Positions 8,412 through 19,371 of a DNA stretch of 64,000 nt are shown here, piece by piece. The DNA is from Planctomycetaceae bacterium (GTDB taxonomy: Bacteria > Planctomycetota > Planctomycetia > Planctomycetales > Planctomycetaceae): positions 339,263 to 403,262 of the forward strand of contig JAWKUE010000003.1 of the NCBI GenBank assembly GCA_041398725.1, read 5' to 3'. The translations under genes and the position numbers were made by a program. The notes below the pieces were generated by a model. The model saw nothing but the letters and a program-made list of their open reading frames with translations. It searched no databases and was not told where the DNA came from. How positions within the stretch are numbered: position 1 is the first letter of the stretch; every line of letters begins with the position of its first letter.

Positions 8412-10361
8412 TTAATTGGTTGTCCCAGCAGTCGATTTTCTGGCTTTGAGAATATCTGCTCGCATTTTTGCAAAGAAATTCCTGATCTCCTTACGGAGAT
8501 TTGCCGGGAGATTGCCGGAAAGAATCGACTGCATGGAAATCGATCCGACTTCTCCCGTGCGTTCCCAGATCTTTACGTCCTGAGGTCGACCGCTCGAACC
8601 ATCCTGCACAATAATGTGAGCCGTCACGTAAAGCACGAGTCGATTCCCGGACCGTTCGAGTTTCATGAGCAACAGCAAGGCGGCTTTGTCGTTACTGATC
8701 AGGCTTTCTTCGATATCAGTCTTCTGAAGAGTTTGTCGGGCTTCGGATCGCACCGCGCTGATCACCGTCTGTTGCGGGTCGTTAAAGGTCAGCGGCAAAA
8801 AGACAATCACCAGCTTACGCAGTTCAGCCAGAAGTTTGTCCCCCTGTGGGGTGCCGGAAGCGTCGTGGATTCCACCGGAACGGGGGTGGCCTTGACCTTC
8901 ATGGTCGTCCATTTCCGGTGCTGACAATGGACTGAGCGGAATCGGGTTATCTTTCAGTTCTGTCATGGCCTGACGGATATCTTCACCGGAAATCCCGAAA
9001 TTCAACGACTGTGCCCCGGCACCGACCAGGGCGAGGGTGTTGATGGCCACAACTTCACCACGCTTCGTAATCAATGGTCCGCCGCTGTTGCCCGGAGAAA
9101 TCGCGGCTGTCGTCTGAACCCATGTTCCGGAATGTCCCGTCAGAGCGATGGATTCTTCGAGTTCTTTCGCCGTGCGCACAGCACTGACAATGCCTTCCGT
9201 GACAGACATATCAAGTCCAAGGGGTGCTCCTATGGCGACGACCGCAATTCCTTTTCGCGGTTGTCCGGATGCCACGGGAATGGAAGCAAGAGGGCTTGAA
9301 CAGCGGGCTGCATCGAACTTCAGAATCGCAATGTCCTTCTTGTGATCAATAAAAAGAAAGCCGTCAACATCGACTCGGTCTTTGTTTGCAAATTCAACCC
9401 ACGCGCGATTCGCTCCCGCGATGACATGGTAATTCGTTACCACGATGCCCGCCGCATCGATCACGAATCCACTCCCGTTTCCGGCTCCTTCACTGGACGC
9501 GACGTTGACACGAACCACAGAGCCTTCGACTCGAGAGAACAGTTCATCAATCGAAAGATCGGTTTCTGACACCGCCAGCACAGTTGAGGGGGCCGCAACA
9601 GCGGTACTGGGCGGAGCCTCTGACGTATCTCCGGCGGCCGTCACCGGTTGCGTGGGAGTCGGCACGACGGACGGCAATGAACCTGCCGCTGCGATCGCGG
9701 CGGCCACGATATCGGACGCCGGTGTGCTTTCAGCGGGATTGCCAGTTTCGGGTTCCGGCTGTTTCCCGCCCGGAGACGAGTCCGAAACGCTGACCGTACC
9801 GGAAGCTGTCCCGTTGGCAAAAGTTGATGAACTTTCTGCCACCGTGTCCGCGGTGGCGAACGGCACGTCAGACCTCTTGGCTTCCGGATCGGCTTCTGCA
9901 GGCTGTGCATCGCTGAGGTCAGACAGTGGTGAAGGTTCCTGCTTCGCCGTCGTTGCCGCGACATCGTCGCTCGAATTCGTGCGACGAACAAGTGACACTA
10001 AAACAATGACACTCAATCCCAATGCGACGACGGCACCGGTGGAAATCAAGATGATTTTCCATGCTGGAGTGCTGGCCTGTGTGTATCGACCAGGATCTTT
10101 TGGTCGGCGGACGGGCGGCTCGGCGTATGCTTCACCGCGGCGACGTGAATCGGACTGTGGGCGCGAAGTTGAATTCGATGGTGTCCGGGCTGTCGACGAT
10201 AGGGGACGGACTGGTTCCTGGCGAACAGGAGTCGTTGGGCGATTTGCTGTCGGTACACTGATGACGCCCTGGCAACCAGGGCAACGAATCCGTTTTCCAG
10301 CATGCATCTCGTCCACGCGAAACTGACCGTTGCAGGCCGAACATTCCACAAGAATTGACAT
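8412..10361 (-). CDS. Membrane-anchored trypsin-like (S1C/HtrA-type) serine protease with an N-terminal zinc ribbon
   Basis: A CSACNGQF..CPGCQG zinc ribbon is followed by a TM helix (ILISTGAVVALGLSVIVLVSLV) and a low-complexity linker. The protease core has GSGFVIDAAGIVVTNYHV and GNSGGPLITKRGEVVAINT. The last 190 aa or so match no domain I recognise. Confidence 0.85.
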   Translation of the reverse strand: MSILVECSACNGQFRVDEMHAGKRIRCPGCQGVISVPTANRPTTPVRQEPVRPLSSTARTPSNSTSRPQSDSRRRGEAYAEPPVRRPKDPGRYTQASTPAWKIILISTGAVVALGLSVIVLVSLVRRTNSSDDVAATTAKQEPSPLSDLSDAQPAEADPEAKRSDVPFATADTVAESSSTFANGTASGTVSVSDSSPGGKQPEPETGNPAESTPASDIVAAAIAAAGSLPSVVPTPTQPVTAAGDTSEAPPSTAVAAPSTVLAVSETDLSIDELFSRVEGSVVRVNVASSEGAGNGSGFVIDAAGIVVTNYHVIAGANRAWVEFANKDRVDVDGFLFIDHKKDIAILKFDAARCSSPLASIPVASGQPRKGIAVVAIGAPLGLDMSVTEGIVSAVRTAKELEESIALTGHSGTWVQTTAAISPGNSGGPLITKRGEVVAINTLALVGAGAQSLNFGISGEDIRQAMTELKDNPIPLSPLSAPEMDDHEGQGHPRSGGIHDASGTPQGDKLLAELRKLVIVFLPLTFNDPQQTVISAVRSEARQTLQKTDIEESLISNDKAALLLLMKLERSGNRLVLYVTAHIIVQDGSSGRPQDVKIWERTGEVGSISMQSILSGNLPANLRKEIRNFFAKMRADILKARKSTAGTTN

Positions 10362-10744
10362 CGATGCAGCCTCGGAGTTGAAAAAGTCGGAAGGACCGGG
10401 TGGGTAGTATACCCCCCTGTCACATGCGTCTCAACGGTTTAATGCCTCAGAAAACGGGCAGAAAGCAATCGCCAAACAGCCCGGAGGTTGCAGCGCACGC
10501 CTCGCGGCCTCCTTTTTTGTGGCCGGCTTCCCATTGTCGAAGAACCCCGAACAAAACCTCCGTGGCCGCGCAGGTGTTGTTAGGGGTTCTAAGTCACTTC
10601 GTCCAAAAATTTGAATTTTCCTCAGGATTTCGGTACAGAACCACGTGTTTTATCGGGACGTGATGGCTGATTCGCGACGAACTGCTACAACTTGAACGGT
10701 GATCAGAAGCTCCGCGACGATCAAGACTGCGTACCGACGTTCAG

Positions 10745-11449
10745 ATGCCTGCGAAAGTGATGACCGTGCAACAAGTTTTATTTTTCGATATCGACGGCAC
10801 CATGTTAAGTACCGGCGGCGCCGGGCAACGCGCGATGGAACTGGCTCTGGTGGAAGAATTCAGAATCAGATTTCCGTTCGAGGGCGTGCTCACGGCAGGT
10901 CGCACCGATCGCGGAATCGCAGACGAAATATTTGCGCGCTACGACCTGGTCGATTCACCCGCAGAACGTGAACGGTTTATGAGAAGCTATCTCGAACGAT
11001 TGCCCGATTGCCTGCAGACTCTTCCGGGTGCATTACTGCCGGGCGTGCGGGATCTGTTGCATCATTTTCAGCAGCACGATAGTGTTCACCTGAGTTTGCT
11101 CACGGGTAACTATGTCGAAGGCGCGTGGATCAAGTTGCGGCACTTCGGGATCGACCATTTTTTTGAAACGGGCGGGTTTGGAGACAATCACGCCCACCGC
11201 AATGACGTCGCCCGCCTGGCGCTGGATACTGTCCGCGTTCATCTGAAGTGTCATGTGTCGGATCGTGCGGCGTGTGTGATCGGCGATACGCCTGCGGATA
11301 TTAGTTGCGCGCGATCGGTCAACGCCCGGGCAGTCGCGGTGGCGACCGGAATGTACTCTTTTGCCGAACTTCAGATCCACCAGCCCGATCATTTGTTTAC
11401 CGACCTCAGCGACACGACAATTGTGGCCCAATGTCTGCTGCAGGCGTGA
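10745..11449 (+). CDS. HAD-superfamily hydrolase (phosphoglycolate-phosphatase-like)
   Basis: It has the DxD nucleophile motif FFDIDGTML, LLTGN, and a late GDTPADI motif. Confidence 0.8.
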   Translation: MPAKVMTVQQVLFFDIDGTMLSTGGAGQRAMELALVEEFRIRFPFEGVLTAGRTDRGIADEIFARYDLVDSPAERERFMRSYLERLPDCLQTLPGALLPGVRDLLHHFQQHDSVHLSLLTGNYVEGAWIKLRHFGIDHFFETGGFGDNHAHRNDVARLALDTVRVHLKCHVSDRAACVIGDTPADISCARSVNARAVAVATGMYSFAELQIHQPDHLFTDLSDTTIVAQCLLQA

Positions 11450-12228
11450 CGGATTCAGGTCCTTTTCGATTACTCGGGAAGTTATACGAAATCAGGAACG
11501 AGTGCGTGCAGTCAGAAAATCCTGCGACCGAATTAAGTCCTTCTGCAGTCCTTGTTCCGAATCCAATCTGGCGCGCATTCCATTGGCCTGGCTGGATTAT
11601 CTGCCGTTTGTGGCTGCGCGTCGGTTGCTCCGGCACGGAGCATATCGACAACACACAGGGCGGGCTGCTGCTCATTAATCATCAAAGTTTTCTGGATCCC
11701 ATTCTTGCCGCTGTCCTGCTGACACGCCCCGTATCTTACCTGGCGCGGGATAATCTTTTTAAGGTGCCACTGCTGGGCTGGCTGCTCCGTCGTACCTATG
11801 TCATTCCAATCAGTCGGGAGGCCGCGCGCGGGGGCAGCATTCGCCTTGCGGTCGATCGTCTGGAACAGGGCTATCTGCTGGGCATATTTCCCGAAGGTAC
11901 GCGATCATCCGGCCCGGAAGTGCTTACTTTTCGACCGGGCTTTCTGGCGATTGTCCGTCGGACGAAGCAGCCCGTTTATCCTGTCGGGATCTTCGGGTCT
12001 GGTCAGGCGATGCCGCGCGGGGCATGGTTTATCCGGCCGAGACGAACGCATATCGTTTACGGGCCTCGATTTACGCCGGAAGAACTCGCCAGTCTGCAAT
12101 CCGGAGATGACACCTCATTCTGCGAACTTGCCCGTCAGCGCGTCTCAGAATGCGTCGCAAAAGCCGCCTTGTCGGCAATCCCTCAATTCTGTGACAATGC
12201 CCACCGTCAGAATGAGGGCATCGAGTAA
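11431..12228 (+). CDS. 1-acyl-sn-glycerol-3-phosphate acyltransferase family protein
   Basis: It has the HX4D motif (LLINHQSFLDP) and the FPEGTRS motif. Start set at ATG 11431, overlapping the HAD gene end. Confidence 0.8.
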   Translation: MSAAGVTDSGPFRLLGKLYEIRNECVQSENPATELSPSAVLVPNPIWRAFHWPGWIICRLWLRVGCSGTEHIDNTQGGLLLINHQSFLDPILAAVLLTRPVSYLARDNLFKVPLLGWLLRRTYVIPISREAARGGSIRLAVDRLEQGYLLGIFPEGTRSSGPEVLTFRPGFLAIVRRTKQPVYPVGIFGSGQAMPRGAWFIRPRRTHIVYGPRFTPEELASLQSGDDTSFCELARQRVSECVAKAALSAIPQFCDNAHRQNEGIE

Positions 12229-12273
12229 TGGACGAATCGATGCCGAGAGCGTCAGGTTTACGGGCGGGCACGG

Positions 12274-14571
12274 ATGCGAACACCATCAGATCAGCTTATT
12301 CAGCTCCTTACAGATCAAAAACTCTGCACTCAGGCGGAATTAGATCATTGCGAACCGCACGTTCGTCGCCTCTGTCAGGACCTGCCGGACTTTGATTCGG
12401 TATGGCTGGATGCTCTCGTTCAGCAAAGATTTCTGACGGCATGGCAGGCCGATCAGTTGCAAACCGATGCCGCGCACACAGTGGTCATCGGTCGCTTCCA
12501 GCGTCAACGCGCGCTCGGCCGATCAACCTGGCTGGCCACCGATGAAAAACGAGTTCAGCAATACGTTTTGCGAGCAGCTCCCGGGGGCAATGCCGAAGAC
12601 GCGGATCGCCAGATTGCAGAATTGTTCGCTGCTGCGGATCGTCTCAGAAGCACACGGCCCGCGGCCCTGACAATGCCCCTCGAAGTGATCGGGTTCCCTT
12701 CAGCAGATCGTCCTGATTCATTCCGAAACGGGACTGAACGGCCCTCGCGTTGGCTGGTTTCCAAATTCATTCCCGGCTGGTCGATGGAGGAACTGTTGAT
12801 TCGTGGCGGAAGACTCCCGTGGGAAGTCGTGGCGGAGATGGGGCGCGAATTGCTTGTGGCGCTCACGTGGCTTGAGTCGGCTCGACTGCTTCACGGAGAT
12901 CTCGTCCTGCGGAACGTGCGTCTGGATTTGCGAGGAGGTATCCATCTCGTCGATCCATTTGCCCGACGCCTCTACAACCCCGTGTTCGCACTTACCGATC
13001 AGTTAACGCTGCGTGACTGCGACGGAGTGGCACCGGAGCAGGTCGGCACCGGGCGCGCCCCGGACGCTCGCAGCGAACTGTATGCACTCGGATGTCTGCT
13101 CTGGCAATTGCTCACAAGCCGCCCGGTTCTGTTGAGTGCTGATCCGGTGACGCGGATGATGAAACAGAAAGATCACGATATCGCTGACGTACGTGGCCCG
13201 GTGCCGGATTGTCCGGAGTGGATGTCGCGGTTAATTCAGTCCATGACGCGCCGCGCGCCCGAACTTCGGCCGGGAAGCAGTGCGGAGGTACTTAAACTCT
13301 GGAAAGCCGCGGCCGGCAACAGCCTGAGTCAATGCCGCACGCTGGCCCGGCGAATGCCTGATCATGCGCTGCGCAGCAATCTGCGACCTCGGATGCCCGC
13401 GCGGCACACGGCAGCATCCTGGTTGTGGCCAACAGCGGCAGCCACAGCGCTGGGAATGCTGGTGGTCCTTGCGGCGCGGGCAGGCGTTTTGCCACAAACA
13501 TTGCGACTGGCCCCTGAGGCTGCTCGCGATGTCGCTTCAGACTCACACAAGCCCGAGGTTGCGTCCAAAGCGGTCGGTCCTGTCGCACTGCCGCCCGTAG
13601 ATGCGAACGGCGTTATTCCGCTGGAACCCGGGAGGACCTATCTGGCTGAACGCCGGGAGTTTCCCGGAACGCTGCGAATTGTCTGCAACGCCGAACCTCC
13701 TGCGGAAGTGATTGTCCCTGCCGGAAAGCAATGGGTATTGCAGGCCCGCTCACTGGAACTCAAAGGCCTTACCGTCGCGCAGCAGTCCGCGGAAGTCGTG
13801 GCCAAAGATATGAACCGGCCCTCCATTTCACAGCTGCTGGCTGTGCAGAGCGGCACTGTCTCAATTGACGCATGTGTGTTTCAGTCTCCTGCCGCCGAAG
13901 ATAATTTCGTGGGCGTTGCCTGGCATCGACTGGCCGGGTCGGAAGGGATGGTTTCGATCCGCAACAGTGTGTTTGCCGGTGGTGGCTACGCGGCGTCCTT
14001 CAATCATCCACCGCGACGGTGTGAACTCGAAAATGTCCTGTTGGCCAATCGCGGCAGTGGTCTGCTGTGCGAGTTCAAGAAAGGTGACGCAGATTCATGG
14101 GATTTATTCTGCACGAACGTCACACAGCGATTCGGCTTCAGCGTGGTGGATGCCGTTGTTCAGTCGGGCGGAATTTCACGACTCAATCTTAACATGACGG
14201 CATCGGAATCGGTTTTCTCACCACAGATGGCTATCGTCCGGATACAACCGCCGCCCGGTTGGCGATCGGATGCAATGCACGTCCGGATTCGCGGGGGAGA
14301 AACCGGGAATCCCGTGGTCGTTCCGCCATCAGCCACAACCGCTGTTTATATCGACAGAGCGCTGGGCCAGCCGGTGAGCCTGCCGGAAGCTCAACTGCAG
14401 AATGACGGTGTGCTGCTGGCAGATTTGTTCTTCGACGATACGAAGTCGGATGCAGTGACCGCATCTGAACCCGGCTCGCCATGGCGGAGTTCGTCGCTGG
14501 TAGATTTCGAAGGTCCGAAGCTCACGACGATGATGCCCGGAATCGTGGTCTCCAGATTGCCAATAAAATGA
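12274..14571 (+). CDS. Ser/Thr protein-kinase-like protein (probably degenerate) with TM segment and large C-terminal domain
   Basis: The kinase-like core has HGDLVLRNVRLD, LVDPF (in place of DFG), GVAPEQ and LYALGCLLWQLLT. A TM helix (WLWPTAAATALGMLVVLAA) follows, then about 370 aa of beta-rich sequence. Confidence 0.7.
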   Translation: MRTPSDQLIQLLTDQKLCTQAELDHCEPHVRRLCQDLPDFDSVWLDALVQQRFLTAWQADQLQTDAAHTVVIGRFQRQRALGRSTWLATDEKRVQQYVLRAAPGGNAEDADRQIAELFAAADRLRSTRPAALTMPLEVIGFPSADRPDSFRNGTERPSRWLVSKFIPGWSMEELLIRGGRLPWEVVAEMGRELLVALTWLESARLLHGDLVLRNVRLDLRGGIHLVDPFARRLYNPVFALTDQLTLRDCDGVAPEQVGTGRAPDARSELYALGCLLWQLLTSRPVLLSADPVTRMMKQKDHDIADVRGPVPDCPEWMSRLIQSMTRRAPELRPGSSAEVLKLWKAAAGNSLSQCRTLARRMPDHALRSNLRPRMPARHTAASWLWPTAAATALGMLVVLAARAGVLPQTLRLAPEAARDVASDSHKPEVASKAVGPVALPPVDANGVIPLEPGRTYLAERREFPGTLRIVCNAEPPAEVIVPAGKQWVLQARSLELKGLTVAQQSAEVVAKDMNRPSISQLLAVQSGTVSIDACVFQSPAAEDNFVGVAWHRLAGSEGMVSIRNSVFAGGGYAASFNHPPRRCELENVLLANRGSGLLCEFKKGDADSWDLFCTNVTQRFGFSVVDAVVQSGGISRLNLNMTASESVFSPQMAIVRIQPPPGWRSDAMHVRIRGGETGNPVVVPPSATTAVYIDRALGQPVSLPEAQLQNDGVLLADLFFDDTKSDAVTASEPGSPWRSSSLVDFEGPKLTTMMPGIVVSRLPIK

Positions 14572-14763
14572 GTCCCATGTCCGGATAATCGGCAGAGCTG
14601 CTTCCCGAATACATCCTGCTGCGGAACAACATGATCTGCGAACCTCCACAAAGATGGCGTATCGGATTGCGGCAGTAGTTTTTTGAAGCGTTGCGAAGTT
14701 GCCACATGTCAACGTCCGGGCGAAAGCAATCAATTGTCCTGAAGCGCGATGCAGGAACCGCAA

Positions 14764-15696
14764 CTACAGAGTCCGAGACAATGTTTTCCGAAGATGACCG
14801 GCATCCAGAGCCAGCCGCTGACGCGCTTCTTCAGGGGAAACGCCTTTGAGTGCCGCCACAATCGCCGTTTTCACTTCGCCACCGCATTGGCTCAACAGCT
14901 GAGCCGCTTCTGCCTGCGGCAAATTGGTGAGTTCTGCGACAATCCGCTGCGAACGATCGCCGAGTTTTTGATTGGTGGCACGCAAATCCACCATAAGATT
15001 CCCGTAGGTTTTACCGATACGGATCATGGCCCCGGTCGTCAGCATATTCAGAATCAGCTTGGTGGCGGTCCCTGCTTTCAGACGCGTCGAGCCTGTAATC
15101 ACCTCCGGACCCACGATGGGAGTGATCATCAGATCGGCCACGTCAGCGAGTGCAGATTGCTCATTGCAGGCGAGTCCGATGGTGAAGGCCCCAATTGATC
15201 TGGCGTATTCGAGCGCACCAAGAACGTACGGAGTGCGACCACTGGTGGCGATTCCCATGACTGTATCGTGACTTGTTGCGCGGAGTTCCTTAAGTTCTGC
15301 CGATGCTGCCTGCGAATCGTCTTCTGCGCCTTCGATGGCCCGAGTCAGCGCTTCACGTCCGCCAGCAATCAATCCGACAACCATTTCCGGAGGTGTACTG
15401 AAGGTTGGCGGGCATTCACTGGCATCCAGGACACCCAATCGCCCGGATGTGCCGGCACCCGCATAAATTAAGCGGCCCCCGCGGCAAAATCGTTCGGCGA
15501 TCACGTCAATCGCGCGGGCAATCGCCAATTCCTCTTTCGCGACAGCATTGATCACACGCTGATCTTCGGCATTCATCAGCCGCACGATTTCGAGCGGCGA
15601 AAAACTGTCGATGGCAGCGGAGGCGGCGTTACGCATTTCGGTGGCACTGACTGGCACAGAAGGTTCAATCACTTCTTGTTCCCGCGATGGTGTCAT
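14764..15696 (-). CDS. murQ: N-acetylmuramic acid 6-phosphate etherase
   Basis: It resembles E. coli MurQ along its whole length ([61 protein letters not shown]). Confidence 0.9.
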   Translation of the reverse strand: MTPSREQEVIEPSVPVSATEMRNAASAAIDSFSPLEIVRLMNAEDQRVINAVAKEELAIARAIDVIAERFCRGGRLIYAGAGTSGRLGVLDASECPPTFSTPPEMVVGLIAGGREALTRAIEGAEDDSQAASAELKELRATSHDTVMGIATSGRTPYVLGALEYARSIGAFTIGLACNEQSALADVADLMITPIVGPEVITGSTRLKAGTATKLILNMLTTGAMIRIGKTYGNLMVDLRATNQKLGDRSQRIVAELTNLPQAEAAQLLSQCGGEVKTAIVAALKGVSPEEARQRLALDAGHLRKTLSRTL

Positions 15697-15714
15697 TGAA
15701 TTTCATTGAATGCT

Positions 15715-17145
15715 TCAGGGATTGAATGCTTCAGGGTCAGTGCAGCGATCAGCTTCACCAGACTCTGCCGCCACTTCTTCCAAACCTGCCAGAAATCCGC
15801 GCAGAAATCGATGTGAATCTGTCGCGTTGATGACGGTGGCATCGGTGCGAAGACTGATCGACAGATCACCGGCGTATTCGCCGATGGACACCGCGGCACG
15901 CGTATTGGGGCGAACCGGTGCCACTCCGGTTAAATGCTTCACGAGGACATTGCCCGCGACCCACCTGCCGGTTCTCAGTGGAAATCGGCCACTGAAGCGA
16001 CGACGAATATCTCCGATATTTGCCAGCACGGCGGTGCTCAGGCATGATTTCAGGCCGAGGAACATTTTCATGCCGCGTGGAAACTTTCGCAGCACTTTGA
16101 AAATCTTCAGACACACGATACCTTCACGATTGAAAACGACATCACTCGTCTGACGGTGAATCGACTGCAGCAGCGTGTGCATGTCGTCGCATTCCTGCTG
16201 ACGTCGAGTCACAAAAGCATAGCTGACGACGTTGGCCGCCGGCATCCGTTCATGGATGCGAGTTCGCATGCTCACGGGAACACTTAGGCGAATCCAGCTT
16301 CTGTCAGGCCCTGGCGTTCGAGTCGAATTCCAGCGCCGTATATGCCTCAGGAATTCTCCGATGAGGAGATCATTCAGTGAAACCTCGTACCGCGCCGCCG
16401 CCGCTCGCAGTCGGCGATGCACTCTTTTGGACATCACGGCCTCCAGAATTGCCGGGCAGGCTGCCGTCAGAGTGTGCGACGACGGCACAACAGCAACAGC
16501 CGACGGAGCCAGCAGGACAGGTTTTCGCAGTAACAGACGCGAGATTTTGCCCGCAGTTTTTCTGAGCGACTTGCGGTGTTTCTGGACTGTGGCATCCCCG
16601 ACATCATAGTTTTCGCGTTCCAGCAGCAACTCTGTTCTGGGTTCGTCAAACACGGGCTGACGTTCACCGGGAGCCGCTGTTTTCTGGCCGTATCGAGCGA
16701 GTAGTTCTCCCAGCAGCTGAATGCCCCCGATACCATCACAACAGACATGATGAATGTACAGGAACAGACGCGCCGTGGTGGGCGATGCCCGGACAACCAC
16801 CTGCAGGCCGGTTTCGGACGTCAAGTCAATGGCACGTACCTGCGGCACAAATTCGGCCACCGCGCTTTCATCGACATCCAGCCAATCAAGGTGAATAGTC
16901 GATCCTGCGGATACAGGCATTGAAGCATCGGCCAGCGGAACCCAACACCAACCGCATCCCGGTATGTCAGCGATTTGGCAATGCAGAAAAGGATGGCACT
17001 CAACGAGCTCCTGGAGTGCCTGCGTCAGAGCGCTTTGCTGAAACGCACCCTCCAGATGTGCGGCCATCACAAACACCATGGGATGTGACGGACGGTCATC
17101 GACCAGCATGTAGTATTCAAAGTCTGACAGCGGCAAGGGAAACAT
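15715..17145 (-). CDS. Condensation-domain (HHxxxDG) acyltransferase family protein
   Basis: It has the catalytic motif HHVCCDGIGG at the expected position, and its length of about 476 aa fits a stand-alone condensation / PapA-like domain. Confidence 0.7.
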   Translation of the reverse strand: MFPLPLSDFEYYMLVDDRPSHPMVFVMAAHLEGAFQQSALTQALQELVECHPFLHCQIADIPGCGWCWVPLADASMPVSAGSTIHLDWLDVDESAVAEFVPQVRAIDLTSETGLQVVVRASPTTARLFLYIHHVCCDGIGGIQLLGELLARYGQKTAAPGERQPVFDEPRTELLLERENYDVGDATVQKHRKSLRKTAGKISRLLLRKPVLLAPSAVAVVPSSHTLTAACPAILEAVMSKRVHRRLRAAAARYEVSLNDLLIGEFLRHIRRWNSTRTPGPDRSWIRLSVPVSMRTRIHERMPAANVVSYAFVTRRQQECDDMHTLLQSIHRQTSDVVFNREGIVCLKIFKVLRKFPRGMKMFLGLKSCLSTAVLANIGDIRRRFSGRFPLRTGRWVAGNVLVKHLTGVAPVRPNTRAAVSIGEYAGDLSISLRTDATVINATDSHRFLRGFLAGLEEVAAESGEADRCTDPEAFNP

Positions 17146-17200
17146 GACTATCGACCGACGCTACAGACTGCAGGACATTTGAAAAACGGATGTACGACAT

Positions 17201-17707
17201 TCATCGTACCGGCGCTTTGCCGAGCAGACGTCGGAGGAAACCAATCTGGCCCGCGTGCAGCATCTCGTGGTGCGAACAAAATAACAATCCGCCGTATTTG
17301 GTAGCGTAGGCGGCATAAGGCATCTCCACCGGTTCGTCGAGCACACGTTCACTGTATGTCGGAAGCTCCTGCATGGTCTGCGCGTAAACGCGGTCGAACA
17401 CGTCACAGATTTCATCGGGCGAAGGGTTCATTGCCGGATCCGGATCCGGGGTGGTCCCCTTGCTGAATTTCTTCCGAAACGCCGATGACATCAGCTCAGG
17501 GTCCACATCGGCCCGACCCCGCATGCGAAACAGACACAGGCCATACTGCGCCATCGCCAGATGACCGACCTGCCATGCGAGGTGAGAAACACCTTCGGCA
17601 GGCTGTCGAAACCAGTCGGACGGCTCGAGGTCAGAGATCAGGGATTGCGTATATTCACGGGCAAATCGGATTTGGCCAATTGCCAGTTCCAGCCGGGATA
17701 CAGTCAT
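17201..17707 (-). CDS. DinB-family (four-helix-bundle) protein
   Basis: It has the pattern LAIGQIRFAREYT..HLAWQVGHLAM..FCSHHEMLHAGQI with the conserved His triad spacing. Start set at ATG 17707. Confidence 0.7.
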   Translation of the reverse strand: MTVSRLELAIGQIRFAREYTQSLISDLEPSDWFRQPAEGVSHLAWQVGHLAMAQYGLCLFRMRGRADVDPELMSSAFRKKFSKGTTPDPDPAMNPSPDEICDVFDRVYAQTMQELPTYSERVLDEPVEMPYAAYATKYGGLLFCSHHEMLHAGQIGFLRRLLGKAPVR

Positions 17708-18170
17708 AAGTTCTGCTTCTAAAGTGCGGAATAAGCGGCATACCTGCCACCTGGATCTGCCTGTGCCAACGATGATCCGGACCGTCATGCTGACAGGAGC
17801 CGCTGACGGAGCCCTGACCGTCGCGGAGGCGGTGATTCCCAAACCTGCAACAGGTTTAACTGCTTATCCTACATGCAATCTCAGACGGCACAAGCAGGCT
17901 GGCGATTTAAGCCGCCCTGAATTCACCTCAGGGCCTGGCAGGGCCGTTGCTCCAGAAAATCACCGGGTTTTCGTAGCGCAAAGGCGCTGTGAATCCACGG
18001 GACGAGCCCGTGGGCGAGTAAATCGACAGCCTGCAAGCTCAGGGGCAGCAGTTGAAGGTGTATCGTTGTTGTGATAACGTCTCGCCTTACGCGTGAAAAT
18101 CCGGGGGGAACCTCATTTTTCACCGCTGTCATCCCGCCCATACGTTCTACGAAAGAAACGAAGAATCGCA

Positions 18171-19346
18171 ATGCACAAGGTAACTTTACTTCCAGGTGAC
18201 GGTGTTGGTCCGGAGATCGCAGAAGCAACACGCAAGTGTGTCGAAGCGACTGGCGTCAGGATTGAGTGGGATGTGCAGGAATGCGGCATCGAAGTCATCG
18301 AAGCAAAGGGCGGAGTGCCAGCCAGCGTACTCGAATCAATTCGCGCCAACGGGGTCGCCCTGAAAGCTCCGATCACGACGCCGATCGGCAAAGGATTTCG
18401 GAGTGTCAATGTCTACCTGAGACAGGAACTGGGACTGTATGCCTGCGTACGCCCCTGCAAAACCTACAAAGGTGTCCGCACGTTTTTTGATGCCTGCAAT
18501 GTCGATCTCGTCATTGTTCGTGAGAATACAGAAGACCTGTACGCCGGTGTGGAATTCAAGGCCGGCGAAGACGTCACCGCCACACTCATCGGTCAGATCA
18601 ATGCTGCTGCGACCGGCAAGAAGATCACAACTGACCTCAGGACAACCGGCATCAGCATCAAGCCGATGTCTGTGGAAGGCACAACACGGATCGCTGATTA
18701 CGCATTCAAGTATGCGGTCGAAAAAAATCGCAAGTCGGTCACCTCGATTTCCAAAGCCAACATCATGAAGTTCACCGATGGCCTGTGGTACGATGTCACA
18801 CGGGCGGTCGCCAATTCTTACAAGGCGAAACATGAATGGGCTGATCTGGCGAAGAATGTTCCGCCTTCACCCACCGCGAATGCCGGTAAACTGGACGCGA
18901 GCGGCATCACCTACATGGAAAGACTCATCGACAATATGTGCATGCAGCTTGTCCAGAAACCTGAGCAGTATGACGTGCTGGTCATGGGCAACCTGTATGG
19001 AGACATTCTGAGTGATCTGTGCGCAGGACTGGTGGGCGGACTCGGCGTCGCCCCGGGCGCCAACATTGGAGTTGATGGTGCCATCTTCGAAGCAACACAT
19101 GGCAGCGCTCCGAAGTACAAAGGACAGAACAAAGTCAATCCGACCGCGTTAATTCTTTCCGCCAAGCTGATGCTGGAGCATCTTGGTGAAGCGAAAGCAG
19201 CCGCAAAGCTGGAACAGGCTGTGGCGGATGTGATTGCGGAAGGCAAAGATGTTACTTATGACATGAAAGCCAATCGTAACGACCCCACGGCAGTTGGCAC
19301 TCAGGAAATGGCCGAAGCGATCTGCCGCCGAATTAAACAACTCTAA
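18171..19346 (+). CDS. icd: Isocitrate dehydrogenase (isocitrate/isopropylmalate dehydrogenase family)
   Basis: [59 protein letters not shown] and [19 protein letters not shown] are collinear with bacterial Icd. Cofactor specificity was not determined. Confidence 0.85.
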   Translation: MHKVTLLPGDGVGPEIAEATRKCVEATGVRIEWDVQECGIEVIEAKGGVPASVLESIRANGVALKAPITTPIGKGFRSVNVYLRQELGLYACVRPCKTYKGVRTFFDACNVDLVIVRENTEDLYAGVEFKAGEDVTATLIGQINAAATGKKITTDLRTTGISIKPMSVEGTTRIADYAFKYAVEKNRKSVTSISKANIMKFTDGLWYDVTRAVANSYKAKHEWADLAKNVPPSPTANAGKLDASGITYMERLIDNMCMQLVQKPEQYDVLVMGNLYGDILSDLCAGLVGGLGVAPGANIGVDGAIFEATHGSAPKYKGQNKVNPTALILSAKLMLEHLGEAKAAAKLEQAVADVIAEGKDVTYDMKANRNDPTAVGTQEMAEAICRRIKQL

Positions 19347-19371
19347 GATGGTACTTCTGTAAGATCGCGCT

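Noticed and set aside
9445-10326. Several long ORFs run antisense to or overlap real genes: 9445-10326, 23060-23656, 23842-24489, 34867-35574, 53898-54554, 54795-55373, 18336-18833 and 26508-26999.
   Set aside because: Each lies opposite a gene with strong family-level support and has low-complexity or Arg/Ser/Pro-rich composition, as is typical of shadow ORFs in GC-rich DNA.
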